A stretch of 64,000 nucleotides of DNA from Vulcanimicrobiales bacterium. GTDB lineage: Bacteria > Vulcanimicrobiota > Vulcanimicrobiia > Vulcanimicrobiales > Vulcanimicrobiaceae. Where the stretch lies: contig JBBRLI010000002.1 in NCBI GenBank assembly GCA_038231455.1, forward strand, positions 196,337 through 260,336, given 5' to 3'. The notes under the pieces are model-generated. The model made no database searches. It was not told where the DNA came from and saw nothing but the letters and a program-made list of their open reading frames with translations. How positions within the stretch are numbered: the stretch's first letter is position 1; each line of letters begins with the position of its first letter. Shown piece by piece: positions 1 to 10,146 of this stretch. Position numbers and translations under genes: made by a program.

Positions 1-569
1 TCACCGCCGTGTATGTCACGCACGACCAGAACGAGGCGCTTGCCATTAGCGATCTCATCATGCTCATGGACCAAGGCGCAATCGTCGAGACCGGGATTCC
101 CCAGCAGATCTACCGCCGGCCGCGCGCCGAATTCACCGCGAACTTCATCGGTGTCGCAAACGCGATCGACGGCACCGTGAAGGCGCTTGAAACCGACACC
201 CTAGTCGTTCAGACCAGGCATGGCATCATTCGTGCCGAGCCCATAGCCGGGCTGTCACCGGGAGCGAGCGTGCGCGTCTTCATCCGTCCAGAAAACATCG
301 CGCTCTCGCGCAAGCGTCATACGAACGATGATTGGGCCGGTGTCGTTCGTTATAGTATCTACCAAGGCGAGAGCTGGGACTACACCGTGGATGTCAACGG
401 GGTCGATCTCCGCGTTCGCGTGCATCGTGAAAAGCACGATCTGGAACACGGGACGGCGGTCCATCTTCAAATCGACGGAAGCGAAGCGGTCATCATGCCG
501 ATGCGTGAGGGCGTCGTGCAGCCCGTGCCCACCGCTTCGCCATCTCAAGTCGAAGGAGCCCCCGTATGA
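1..569 (+). CDS. ABC transporter ATP-binding subunit (PotA/FbpC-type), 5'-truncated by window edge
   Basis: H-loop YVTHDQNEALAISD, PQQIYRRP...FTANFIG, C-terminal TOBE-like domain; Walker A lies outside the window. Confidence 0.9.
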   Translation, partial: TAVYVTHDQNEALAISDLIMLMDQGAIVETGIPQQIYRRPRAEFTANFIGVANAIDGTVKALETDTLVVQTRHGIIRAEPIAGLSPGASVRVFIRPENIALSRKRHTNDDWAGVVRYSIYQGESWDYTVDVNGVDLRVRVHREKHDLEHGTAVHLQIDGSEAVIMPMREGVVQPVPTASPSQVEGAPV

Positions 570-1579
570 TCGATATTCGATGCGCCTTACGGATGATCGC
601 ATGCGCGGTTGTCGCGTTCGCGATCGCCGCGCCCCAGGTGGCGCTAGCGGCCGATAACGCAAAAGATGAGACCGTCGTGTGGTATGGCACGATGAATACC
701 AAAGACATGAAGCTCACCGCCGATGGATTCATGGCAACGCATCCCGGGATCAAAGTCGAGACGCTGCGCCTTGGCAGCTCGCAACTTCCCGCGCGCGTTG
801 CGACCGAACAGCGTGCGGGTAAATTCAATGCCGACGTCATCTCCGGAGACGGCTTTCAGATTTTGCAGCTCGTGAGCGCCGGCGCATTCGACAAATACAA
901 GCCGGCCAACGTCGATAGCTTTATCAAAGGCACCGTCGACCCAAACGGCTATTGGACGAACCTCTACCAAAACACGACGGTCATTGCGTGGAATCCGGAT
1001 CGCCTCAAAGCCGACCATCTCGCGCCGCCGACGTCGATGGCCGACTTTGCAAAACCGGAGTGGAAAGGCAAATTCGGATTCGATACCGGCGCGCTAAACT
1101 GGTATATGGGTTTACTTCAATCCGATAAGAACGGTGCGGAACTCGCGAAGAAAATCTTCGAGAATAGTCCCGTGAAGACGTCCGGTCACACCCAGACGGT
1201 CACTTCCCTTGAAACCGGCGAATTCGATGCGACCCCGACCGCGTACGGCTATCTTGCCGATCAAGAAAAACGCGAGGGCAAATCGGTCGACTTCCTCAAT
1301 CCCGCACCGCTCTTCGTTTCGATCAATCCGGTCGGGCTTGCGAAAAACGCGCCGCATCCGGGCCCAGCGAAACTTTTCATCGATTGGCTCGTCTCCAAAG
1401 ATGGTCAGAGTTTCATGGCGCAAAAAGGCGGCGGCGAAGTTTCGTCGCGCGCCGATGTGAAAAACAATCCACGCGTCTGGGATCCCAAGCATCCGTTTAT
1501 CATTACGACGATGCCGGGCGCGGCGCAGTACAACGATCTCGAAAAACAATTTCGCTCGCAACTCGGACTTCCGGGGTAA
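566..1579 (+). CDS. ABC transporter substrate-binding protein (Fe3+/polyamine/2-AEP-like family)
   Basis: Signal peptide; APHPGPAKLFIDWLVSKDGQ motif typical of this SBP family; overlaps upstream ATPase (ATGA). Confidence 0.85.
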   Translation: MIDIRCALRMIACAVVAFAIAAPQVALAADNAKDETVVWYGTMNTKDMKLTADGFMATHPGIKVETLRLGSSQLPARVATEQRAGKFNADVISGDGFQILQLVSAGAFDKYKPANVDSFIKGTVDPNGYWTNLYQNTTVIAWNPDRLKADHLAPPTSMADFAKPEWKGKFGFDTGALNWYMGLLQSDKNGAELAKKIFENSPVKTSGHTQTVTSLETGEFDATPTAYGYLADQEKREGKSVDFLNPAPLFVSINPVGLAKNAPHPGPAKLFIDWLVSKDGQSFMAQKGGGEVSSRADVKNNPRVWDPKHPFIITTMPGAAQYNDLEKQFRSQLGLPG

Positions 1580-1582
1580 TCC

Positions 1583-2512
1583 ATGAAACGTTTGATTCTT
1601 ACCGCTCTCGCACTCGTCGCACTGAGTGCGATCCCGGCCCGCGCCGCCGATCCCATACGCATTGGAGCGACGGGAAACGACACCGCTGCCGAGGTGTATT
1701 ACGCCGACGAACTCGGGTTTTTTAAGAAACGCGGCCTCGAGGTGCAAATTCAAAATCTGCGCAACGGTGCGGCGCAAGCGGCGGCGATCGCCGGTGGTGC
1801 GCTCGACATCGGCGAGCAGAACATCATCTCGATGTCGCACGCGCACGAACGCGGCCTGACGTTCAAATACATCGCGCCAGCGGCCGATTACGTCTCGTCA
1901 TCCTCGACGACGAGTCTTGTGATCGGTAAGTCCTCGACCATCAAATCGGGCAAAGATCTCGAAGGGAAGACGGTTGCGGTCAACGCGCTTGGCGATCTTA
2001 CCCAGATCGGTGCGTCGGCCTGGATCGACAAGCACGGTGGCGATGCGACGAAGGTGAAATTTATCGAGATGGTGCCTGCCGAAATTGGCGCGGCGCTCGC
2101 GCGTGGGACGATCGAGGCGGGAGTTATTCCCGAGCCCGCCCTCACGGCAGCGGAAGACGCCGGGCAAGTGAAACTGCTGGGTCAACCGTACGATTCTTTG
2201 GGCGAACGCTTCCTGATCAACGGCTGGTTTGCCAACGGCGATTGGATTAAGAAAAACCCGGAGACCGTCAAGAAGTTCGCCGATGCGATCTACGAGGCCG
2301 CAAAATGGGCGAACACACATCGCGCCGAGTCTGCCAAAATCTTCGCCAAGCATTCGAAAGCCGATAGCACGGTGATCGCGCGTATGCGACGCGCCACGTA
2401 CGGTGAAAAGTTCGACGGCAAAGCCCTGCAAGCCGTGCTCGATGAAGCCGTGCGTTACAAAGGCATCACGAAGTCATTTCCCGCCACAGAGCTGTACGAT
2501 GCGACTCTCTAG
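1583..2512 (+). CDS. NitT/TauT-family ABC substrate-binding protein
   Basis: Signal peptide; GFFKKRGLEV, DLEGKTVAV, GTIEAGVIPEP motifs. Confidence 0.85.
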   Translation: MKRLILTALALVALSAIPARAADPIRIGATGNDTAAEVYYADELGFFKKRGLEVQIQNLRNGAAQAAAIAGGALDIGEQNIISMSHAHERGLTFKYIAPAADYVSSSSTTSLVIGKSSTIKSGKDLEGKTVAVNALGDLTQIGASAWIDKHGGDATKVKFIEMVPAEIGAALARGTIEAGVIPEPALTAAEDAGQVKLLGQPYDSLGERFLINGWFANGDWIKKNPETVKKFADAIYEAAKWANTHRAESAKIFAKHSKADSTVIARMRRATYGEKFDGKALQAVLDEAVRYKGITKSFPATELYDATL

Positions 2513-3461
2513 ATCGCGGGTTCTTACGGGGCTTGGCGCGAGTTTCGCGCTTCCGCTGCTGCCTGCGCGTTCGTGGGCTGCCGGTCCGATCGCACTCAGA
2601 GTCGCCGCTGCCGGTGACGATGACATCACGCCGATTCTCTACGGGCAAGCGGCGGGGATTTTCGCAAAGAACGGACTCTCGGTGGAGCTCGAAGCGCTGG
2701 GTTCCGGCTCCGCAACGGCTGCCGCCGTCGCCGGCGGGTCCATCGATATTGGCAAGTCGAGTTTGACCAGTTTGATTTCCGCGCACGCGCGCGGCATCGC
2801 ATTCGAAATCATCGCGCCCGCCTCCGTGTATTCAGATAGCGCACCCGTGGCCGGGTTCGTCGTCGGAAAAGACTCCGGCGTGAACGCGATCAAAGATCTC
2901 AACGGAAAAATCGTCGCGGCCTCGTCGCTCAAAGATCTCATCGCCGTTGCCACGCAAGCGTGGATCGACGACAACGGCGGCGATTCAAAGACGGTGAAGT
3001 TCATCGAGTTGCCGAGCTCCGCGGTCGCTGCAGCGCTCGAAAACGGGCGCATCGCGGGGGCGACGATGCTGACGCCGGCGCTCGCACGCGCACTCGATTC
3101 GGGCAAGGGACGGCTGCTCGGCAAGTCGTTTAGCGCGATCTCCAAGCATTTTCTCATCGCCGGCTGGTTCTCGACCAAGGACTGGATCGCGAAGAACAAC
3201 GAGACGGCGCGGCGCTTCGTCGAAGCGTTCCGAGAAGCTGCGGCCTATACCGATACGCATCGCAACGAAACGGTCGATTTGCTGGCGAACTATTCGAAAA
3301 TCAGCCCACAGACCGTTCGGGGAATGCAGCGCTCGACCGCCGGACGCGTTGTGGAAGCAAAAGACATCGAGCCCGTCATCGCCGCCTGTGTGCGGTACGG
3401 CGTGATCGAGAAACCGTTCCCCGCAAGCGAACTGATCTCGTCGCTCGCTGCGACGCACTAA
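2499..3461 (+). CDS. NitT/TauT-family ABC substrate-binding protein
   Basis: ATG at 2499 gives signal-peptide-like MRLSRSRVL; GIFAKNGLSV, DLNGKIVA; paralog of 1583-2512. Confidence 0.85.
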   Translation: MRLSRSRVLTGLGASFALPLLPARSWAAGPIALRVAAAGDDDITPILYGQAAGIFAKNGLSVELEALGSGSATAAAVAGGSIDIGKSSLTSLISAHARGIAFEIIAPASVYSDSAPVAGFVVGKDSGVNAIKDLNGKIVAASSLKDLIAVATQAWIDDNGGDSKTVKFIELPSSAVAAALENGRIAGATMLTPALARALDSGKGRLLGKSFSAISKHFLIAGWFSTKDWIAKNNETARRFVEAFREAAAYTDTHRNETVDLLANYSKISPQTVRGMQRSTAGRVVEAKDIEPVIAACVRYGVIEKPFPASELISSLAATH

Positions 3462-3478
3462 ATCTCAGAAAGACGATT

Positions 3479-4078
3479 ATGGCCGAAGACCAGCCGAAGA
3501 AAATCGAATACTATCACGATCAAAAGAATCGGATATTCGTGCGTCAGGTCAGTGGCGAGTATAATCTCACCCAAGAACTCGAACGGCTGCGGGCGCAGCC
3601 GCGCGTGCGCCGCGGGCGCGATATCAAATTTCAAGACGGACCGACGACGTTCTCGAAACACTATATCGAGCCAAAAGACGGAATCGCGCAGACGCTGCAT
3701 ATCCACCTCGAAGAATACGCGCCGGGTGCCATGTCTCAAAAGCACGGTCACGTCAACGAGGCGGTGTTTTACATCCTCGATGGCGAGGGCGCCGAAGTTC
3801 ACGACGGGATCCGCTACGAGTGGGATGCAGGCGACGTTGCCATCGTGCACAACAACTGCGTGCACCAACATTTCAATCGGAGTTCCACCAAGCCCGCGCG
3901 GGCGCTCGTGCTCAAAACAAAACCGATGTACGTCTTCATGAACATGCTCTTTCAGAAGACGATCGAAAAGCGTGCGACCGAGCCCACCGAACACGGCGTG
4001 GGTTTCATCGCGCGAGAAGAGCCGCACGACCACGATCACGGCCACGACCACCCACATGACGGACACACCCATGACTGA
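3479..4078 (+). CDS. Cupin domain protein with His-rich C-terminal tail
   Basis: QKHGHVNEAVFYILDGEG ... WDAGDVAIVHNNCVHQHFN cupin motifs; tail HDHDHGHDHPHDGHTHD. Confidence 0.85.
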   Translation: MAEDQPKKIEYYHDQKNRIFVRQVSGEYNLTQELERLRAQPRVRRGRDIKFQDGPTTFSKHYIEPKDGIAQTLHIHLEEYAPGAMSQKHGHVNEAVFYILDGEGAEVHDGIRYEWDAGDVAIVHNNCVHQHFNRSSTKPARALVLKTKPMYVFMNMLFQKTIEKRATEPTEHGVGFIAREEPHDHDHGHDHPHDGHTHD

Positions 4079-4700
4079 TCGCACGTCCCCTTGGGGCGAA
4101 TACGACACATGGCTCCAAGGCACCGAGACCGGCACGTACTACCACGATCTGCTCTTGGAGGCAGAACACAAGCCCGCCAAAGACGCCGAACGCCGCAAAG
4201 TCATCAAAGCGGCCGAGTTGCCGTGGGAAAATTCGCGTCACGGTTTGCTTAAGCACATCGTCAACGAGTCGATGAACACGCGCGCAGAGACGGTCGATGC
4301 CTACATGCAGATCATCCCACCGGGGAGCCGCTCGGGCAAACACCGTCAACTCGCGGAGCAGGCCTTCTACGTTCTCGAAGGCTGCGGATATGATGTCCAC
4401 ATCGACTGCGATTTACAAATACCCGACGGCGAGAAGTATCTTTGGGTGCCACAACAGCACGAACAACGCTTTGAATGGGAGGCGGGCGATGTGGTCTACA
4501 TCCCTCCCAACACCATCAGCCAGCACTTCAACGGCGATCCGGGGCGTCCGGCGCGCATCGTCATGATCACCAACCGCATCTACAAACAGTGCGGACTGGG
4601 CGAACTCGAGCAGCTTGAAGACGCCCCCGAATACAATCCAAACGAAGCGCTCACGGCCGAACGTTTGCGTGGCTATCTAAAGGTTCCGGCGCGTACCTGA
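4071..4700 (+). CDS. Cupin domain protein
   Basis: ATG 4071 overlaps the upstream gene end; GKHRQLAEQAFYVLEGCG ... WEAGDVVYIPPNTISQHFN. Confidence 0.85.
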   Translation: MTDRTSPWGEYDTWLQGTETGTYYHDLLLEAEHKPAKDAERRKVIKAAELPWENSRHGLLKHIVNESMNTRAETVDAYMQIIPPGSRSGKHRQLAEQAFYVLEGCGYDVHIDCDLQIPDGEKYLWVPQQHEQRFEWEAGDVVYIPPNTISQHFNGDPGRPARIVMITNRIYKQCGLGELEQLEDAPEYNPNEALTAERLRGYLKVPART

Positions 4701-4720
4701 GCAATTAAGTATAGCGAATT

Positions 4721-5995
4721 ATGTTGAAGCCTGAAGAGAACGAACGACTCGTCCGCGTCGGCCCAGGAACTCCGGGCGGCGCGATGTTCCGACGGTACTG
4801 GCAGCCCGCGCTCTTGAGCGAAGAGTTGCCGGAGGCCGATGGTCCGCCGGTGCGCGTCCGCATCCTCGGTGAGGATCTCGTCGCGTTCCGCGCGAGCGAC
4901 AATTCCATCGGTCTTGTGGATGCGTTCTGCCCGCACCGTCGCGCGCCGATGTTCTTCGGTCGTAACGAAGATTGCGGCATCCGCTGTGTGTACCACGGCT
5001 GGAAGTTCGACACGTCGGGCAAATGCGTCGACATGCCGTCCGAACCGCCGGATTCGCTGTTCAAAGAGAAGGTCACGATCGCGTCCTACCCCACCTGGGA
5101 AGGCGGCGGGATGGTCTGGACCTATATGGGCCCCCCCGAACACAAGCCCGCCGCGCCGGATTACGAATGGCTGCGGGTTCCACCGACGCATCGCTTCGTC
5201 TCCAAGACGTTCGAGTCGGCCAACTATTTGCAAGGTCTCGAAGGTGGTCTCGATACCGCGCATTCCTCATTTGCGCACAACGAGCGTCTGAACGATCCGA
5301 CGTGGATCCGCAACCGCGATACGCATCCGAAGCTCGAAGTCGAGAAGACCGACTACGGCTTCACCTACGCATCGACGCGCGACCTTGGCGATGACGGCCT
5401 GTACGTTCGCGTGTATCATTATTTGATGCCCGCACAGCAACTGCGGGGTAACGTGACCAACTGGGCAGGCGGCAAGCGCGCCGACACGCCCAAACTTGAC
5501 GGCCACATCTGGGTGCCGATCGATGACACGCACACCTGGGTCTACAATATGATGTACGGCTACGATGCCGCCGTTCCGATCACCGAAGAATTTGCCTGGA
5601 AAGACGAGGCGTTTTTCGGACGCGGCAAAGACGATATGGAGCCCGGCACCTATAAGCTCAAGGCGAGCTTGGAGAACGATTACTTCATCGACCGCGAAAA
5701 GCAGAAGACGAAGACGTTTACCGGCATCCGCGGCGTGAACACGCAAGACTTCGCGCTGCAAGAAGGCATGGGCGCGATCCCGGACCGTTCGAAAGAACGC
5801 TTGGGCACGACCGACCGCGCCATCATTGTGACGCGCCAGCTCTTACTCGAAGCGTGCGATACGGTCGAAGAGAACAAAGCGCCGCGCGGCGTCGAGCCCC
5901 ACGCGTATCGCGACGTGCGCGCCTACGATTGCGTGATTCCGCGCGATCGCAATTGGCGCGATGAATTTGCTAGCGAATTGAGTGCGAAATGGTAA
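4721..5995 (+). CDS. Rieske non-heme iron oxygenase alpha subunit (phthalate 4,5-dioxygenase-like)
   Basis: Rieske CPHRR...CVYHGW; mononuclear Fe site EGGLDTAHSSFAH...QD; N-terminal VGPGTPGG. Confidence 0.92.
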   Translation: MLKPEENERLVRVGPGTPGGAMFRRYWQPALLSEELPEADGPPVRVRILGEDLVAFRASDNSIGLVDAFCPHRRAPMFFGRNEDCGIRCVYHGWKFDTSGKCVDMPSEPPDSLFKEKVTIASYPTWEGGGMVWTYMGPPEHKPAAPDYEWLRVPPTHRFVSKTFESANYLQGLEGGLDTAHSSFAHNERLNDPTWIRNRDTHPKLEVEKTDYGFTYASTRDLGDDGLYVRVYHYLMPAQQLRGNVTNWAGGKRADTPKLDGHIWVPIDDTHTWVYNMMYGYDAAVPITEEFAWKDEAFFGRGKDDMEPGTYKLKASLENDYFIDREKQKTKTFTGIRGVNTQDFALQEGMGAIPDRSKERLGTTDRAIIVTRQLLLEACDTVEENKAPRGVEPHAYRDVRAYDCVIPRDRNWRDEFASELSAKW

Positions 5996-7092
5996 CCCAG
6001 TCACGCGCGGCCGTCGCCGTCGCCCCGAAGACAACCGAACTGCGCGAGATCGATCTGCCCGAGATTCCGCCGGATGGCGGACTCCTGCGCGTGATCGCCG
6101 CGGGCATCTGCGGCAGCGACGTGCCATTCTATGCCGAGGACAAAGGCGCGCGCATTCTCGGTCATGAGAACGTCGGCACCATCGAAAAGCTCGGCCCGGT
6201 CGCCCAAGAACGCTGGGGCGTAAGTGTCGGCGATATGGTCGCGCTCGAAGAGTATTTGCCATGCGGGTTCTGCGAAGAGTGCCGATCGGGCGAATATCGG
6301 TCGTGTCTAAAGACCGACAACAAACGACCTGGTGCGCTGCGCTACGGCTCGACCTCGATCGACGTCGCACCCGCTCTCTGGGGCGGCTACAGTCAGTTTC
6401 AATATTTGCATCCGCGATCGGTCTTACACCGCGTCCCTGGAGGTGTCGATCCGCGTCTCGCCGCGATGGCGCTCCCGATCGGGAACGGTTTTCAATGGAC
6501 CGTTCTCGATGGTAAAGCCGGCCCCGGTCAGACCGTGGTCATTCAAGGCCCCGGGCAGCAGGGTCTCGCGTGCGTCGTTGCAGCGAAAGCCGCCGGTGCT
6601 GCGACCGTCATCTGTACGGGTCTCGCACGCGACGCGCACCGGCTCGACGTTGCAAAACGTCTTGGTGCTGACTACACGGTAAAAGTCGACGAAGAATCGC
6701 TTCAGGATGTCGTCCAAAAGGCCACCGGCGGTTTGCTCGCCGATCTCATCATCGACGCTTCTTCGGGCGGCGCGACACAAGTCGTCAATAGTGCGCTCGA
6801 ATTGATTAAAAAACGCGGCACGCTCATCGTCGCTGCATACAAGCGCAAAGCGATCGACGGGTTTGCGATCGACACGCTGATCCGCCAACAGATCTCCCTG
6901 CGGGGCGTTCGCGGTCACTCGTTCCGGGCGGTGGAAATGGCGCTTTCACTCATGGCGTCGCATAAAGTCGACCTCGAAGCGATGTCGACGCACGAATTCG
7001 GCTTGGACAAGGTCGATTACGCGTTGCGGCTGGTGGAAGGCGAATTCCAAGACAACGCCGTGCACGTCACGATCTCGCCCTGGAAAAACTAG
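5989..7092 (+). CDS. Zinc-binding (MDR) dehydrogenase
   Basis: GICGSD, GHE, CGFCEECRSGEYRSC structural Zn site, GPGQQG Rossmann motif. Confidence 0.9.
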   Translation: MVTQSRAAVAVAPKTTELREIDLPEIPPDGGLLRVIAAGICGSDVPFYAEDKGARILGHENVGTIEKLGPVAQERWGVSVGDMVALEEYLPCGFCEECRSGEYRSCLKTDNKRPGALRYGSTSIDVAPALWGGYSQFQYLHPRSVLHRVPGGVDPRLAAMALPIGNGFQWTVLDGKAGPGQTVVIQGPGQQGLACVVAAKAAGAATVICTGLARDAHRLDVAKRLGADYTVKVDEESLQDVVQKATGGLLADLIIDASSGGATQVVNSALELIKKRGTLIVAAYKRKAIDGFAIDTLIRQQISLRGVRGHSFRAVEMALSLMASHKVDLEAMSTHEFGLDKVDYALRLVEGEFQDNAVHVTISPWKN

Positions 7093-7093
7093 C

Positions 7094-8080
7094 TTGACGA
7101 CCAAGCTGAGACTGAGTCTTGCGTGCTGGGACTACGACCGCACGAAGGCTCTCATGGACGGCCGCGTGCAAGTCGAGGGCATCGATCTCGTCTACCAGCC
7201 GCTCGAAGTGGAAGAGACGTTTTTCCGCCAGGCTCGGTACCGGGAGTTTGATATCTCGGAGATGTCCCTCTCATCGTACTGTGTCTCGAAATCCAAAGGC
7301 GATCCGTTCGTCGCAATCCCGGTCTACCCGTCGCGCATGTTCCGACACGCCAATATCTGGGTGAGCGAGAAGAGCGGTATTCGCGAACCCAAAGACCTCA
7401 TTGGCAAGCGCTTTGCGTGTCCCGAGTATCAGCTCACCGCGAACGTTTGGATCCGCGGTATTCTCGCCGATCAGTACGGCGTTACGCCGCAGAGCCTCAC
7501 GTTTGTCACGGGCGGTGAAGAAGAGCCGGGTCGGCCGGAAAAATATGCGCTCGATCTGCCCCCCTCGATCAAGATCGAACCGATCGGTCCCATGCAAACG
7601 CTCTCGGCGATGCTCGCATCGGGTGAGATCGACGCGTTTCACGGTCCGCGCACACCGTCGACGGCAAACGCGCCGGGTGTGCGTCGGCTCTTTCCCGATT
7701 ATGCGGCGACCGAAAAAGCGTACTACGCGGAAACGAAGATTTTTCCGATCATGCACGTCGTCGTGATCCGTCGCGAAATCTACGAACGCGACCGCTGGAT
7801 CGCGATGGCGCTGTTCAAAGCATTTTCACGTGCGCAGCAGTTCGCTTACGATGACTACGAGCAGACCGCCGCGCTCAAATCGATGTTACCGTGGTCGGCG
7901 GCCGGCGCCGAAGAAACGCGCGCGCTAATGGGCCCGCGCTGGTGGCCCTATGGATTCGCCGAGAACGAGCACGTCCTCGACACGTTCGTGCGCTACCATC
8001 ACGAACAGGGGCTCTCGCCAAAGCGACTGTCGCCACGCGACCTCTTTGCACCGGAAACGCTCGAAACGTTCAAGATCTAA
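7094..8080 (+). CDS. 4,5-dihydroxyphthalate decarboxylase-like protein
   Basis: LSLACWDYDRT, FDISEMSLSSY, IFPIMHVVVIRRE, WPYG, YHHEQGL motifs of the PhtD/OphC family; TTG start. Confidence 0.85.
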   Translation: MTTKLRLSLACWDYDRTKALMDGRVQVEGIDLVYQPLEVEETFFRQARYREFDISEMSLSSYCVSKSKGDPFVAIPVYPSRMFRHANIWVSEKSGIREPKDLIGKRFACPEYQLTANVWIRGILADQYGVTPQSLTFVTGGEEEPGRPEKYALDLPPSIKIEPIGPMQTLSAMLASGEIDAFHGPRTPSTANAPGVRRLFPDYAATEKAYYAETKIFPIMHVVVIRREIYERDRWIAMALFKAFSRAQQFAYDDYEQTAALKSMLPWSAAGAEETRALMGPRWWPYGFAENEHVLDTFVRYHHEQGLSPKRLSPRDLFAPETLETFKI

Positions 8081-8091
8081 ACGAGGCAACG

Positions 8092-9360
8092 ATGCTCAAA
8101 CCACAAGACAACGAACGAATTACCCGCGTCGGCCCCGGAACGCCAATGGGCGAACTCCAGCGACGCTACTGGATACCATGCGCGCTCTCGAGCGATTTGC
8201 CGGAGAACGACGGCGCGCCGATCCGTGTGCGTCTGCTTTGCGAAGATCTCGTCGCATTCCGCGATACCGAAGGCAAGGTAGGGCTGATGGAGGCGTTCTG
8301 CCCGCATCGCCGTGCGCCGATGTTCTTCGCACGCAACGAGAACTGCGGACTGCGCTGTGTCTATCACGGCTGGAAATTCGATCGCGACGGAAACTGCGTC
8401 GACATGCCCTCCGAACCCCCAGATTCGCTCTTTAAAACGAAAGTCACGATCGGCACCTATCCCACCTGGGAAGGCGGCGGAATGATCTGGACGTACATGG
8501 GGCCGCCCGATTTGCAGCCGCCCCCGCCGAATTACGAAGTCACACGCGCGCCCTCGACGCATCGCTTTACCTCGAAGACCTTCGAGGAGTGCAACTGGCT
8601 CCAGGCGCTCGAAGGCGGCCTCGATACGTCCCATTCCTCGTTCGCGCACAATCTCGACATCACCGATAAGAGCTATCTGCGCAGCATGGACACCGCGCCG
8701 CGCCTTGAAGTCGAGAAGACCGCGTACGGTTACGAATATGCCGGTATCCGGAAGCTCGGCGACCAGCAGTATGTTCGGGCGTATCACTACATCATGCCCG
8801 CTCAGCAGATGCGCGGTCGCGTACAAGGCCGCAAAGGCGGCATTGAAAAAGTGCCGACCATCAACGGTCACATCTGGGTGCCCATCGACGACGAGACGAC
8901 GTGGGTCTTCAACTGGATGTACTCCTACGATCCGGCAATTCCGATCACACCCGTGTACGCCATTGAGTTTGAAACGAAGTATGGCCGTGGCCCGGGCGAC
9001 CTCATGCCCGGGACGCATAAGCTCAAACGCAACAAAAGCAACGACTACATGATCGATCGGAAGCTGCAGAAAGAGCTGACGTTTACCGGGATCGAAGGAA
9101 TCAATACCCAGGACATGGCGCTGCAAGAAGGCATGGGCGCGATCGTCGATCGGTCCAAAGAGCATCTGGGGACGAGCGATCGTGCGATTATCGTGATGCG
9201 TCAGTTGCTCTTCGAAGCACTCGACGCGTGCGCTGCGGGCCAGTCGATCCGCGGTACGGATCCATCGACGTATAGCCGCGTGCGCGCGGTCGACCTCATG
9301 ATCGCTCCGGTAACCAACTGGCGCGATGAAATCAAAGACGAACTCGTGGCGCGCTTCTAA
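8092..9360 (+). CDS. Rieske non-heme iron oxygenase alpha subunit (phthalate 4,5-dioxygenase-like), paralog 2
   Basis: ATG 8092 after GAGG; CPHRR...CVYHGW; EGGLDTSHSSFAH; EHLGTSD. Confidence 0.92.
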   Translation: MLKPQDNERITRVGPGTPMGELQRRYWIPCALSSDLPENDGAPIRVRLLCEDLVAFRDTEGKVGLMEAFCPHRRAPMFFARNENCGLRCVYHGWKFDRDGNCVDMPSEPPDSLFKTKVTIGTYPTWEGGGMIWTYMGPPDLQPPPPNYEVTRAPSTHRFTSKTFEECNWLQALEGGLDTSHSSFAHNLDITDKSYLRSMDTAPRLEVEKTAYGYEYAGIRKLGDQQYVRAYHYIMPAQQMRGRVQGRKGGIEKVPTINGHIWVPIDDETTWVFNWMYSYDPAIPITPVYAIEFETKYGRGPGDLMPGTHKLKRNKSNDYMIDRKLQKELTFTGIEGINTQDMALQEGMGAIVDRSKEHLGTSDRAIIVMRQLLFEALDACAAGQSIRGTDPSTYSRVRAVDLMIAPVTNWRDEIKDELVARF

Positions 9361-10088
9361 TGGCCGTAACGATGGCAAACACGACGGTCGACTATCCGCA
9401 GCTCGTCGCGCGTGCCGTTCGTATCCTCACGTCGCTTGACTTGATGGACATGAACGGGCATGTAAGCGCACGCGATGCAACCTCGCCCGCGACGATGTGG
9501 ATCAATTCACGCAAAGCGAGTCGGTCGACGCTCCGAGCCGACGATGTTGTTCCAGTCGATCTTACAAATGGCACGCGCATCGGTGCGGGCGATGGGCCGC
9601 CTAGTGAATACCACATTCATCGAGAGATCATGCGCCGCCGCCCGGATGTCGGCGGCATCGTGCATTCGCATCCGGACTTCATCGTGACACTTTCGGTCGT
9701 CGGACACAAACTGCAGCCCGTTACCGGCATCGGTTCGTTTTTACCCGTCGACGTGCCCGTCTTTGATGATGCGAGTCTGATCAACACGGAAGAACGGGGA
9801 AAAGCCGTCGCCGAATTGCTCGGCGATGGACCGGCAATCGTCCTGCGCGGTCATGGCGTCGTCGTCGTCGGTGCGACACCGCAAGAAGCGCTCGCACGGT
9901 TCGTGTGTGCGGAAGAAAACGCCCGCATCCAATACAAGGCCTTGGCCTTGGGGAAGCCGCATGTGCTGAACGGCGCCGAACTCGAATTCGTGCGGCGCGA
10001 GACCTGGACCCCAACCATCGTCGAAAAACACTGGCACTATCACGAAGAGACCGCGCGTCGTCGCGGCGCCCTCGAAGGCATCGACTAA
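9360..10088 (+). CDS. Class II aldolase/adducin-family protein
   Basis: GHVSAR, PSEYHIH, RPDVGGIVHSH, LRGHG. Confidence 0.9.
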   Translation: MAVTMANTTVDYPQLVARAVRILTSLDLMDMNGHVSARDATSPATMWINSRKASRSTLRADDVVPVDLTNGTRIGAGDGPPSEYHIHREIMRRRPDVGGIVHSHPDFIVTLSVVGHKLQPVTGIGSFLPVDVPVFDDASLINTEERGKAVAELLGDGPAIVLRGHGVVVVGATPQEALARFVCAEENARIQYKALALGKPHVLNGAELEFVRRETWTPTIVEKHWHYHEETARRRGALEGID

Positions 10089-10146
10089 CCGCTCGATCTC
10101 CGCACCCGTGCGACGAATCGTTCGTCTCCGGCGTTCGATAAAGGCA

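Noticed and set aside
8077-9378. 433-aa antisense ORF
   Set aside because: Shadow of the Rieske gene; typical high-GC antisense frame with no motifs
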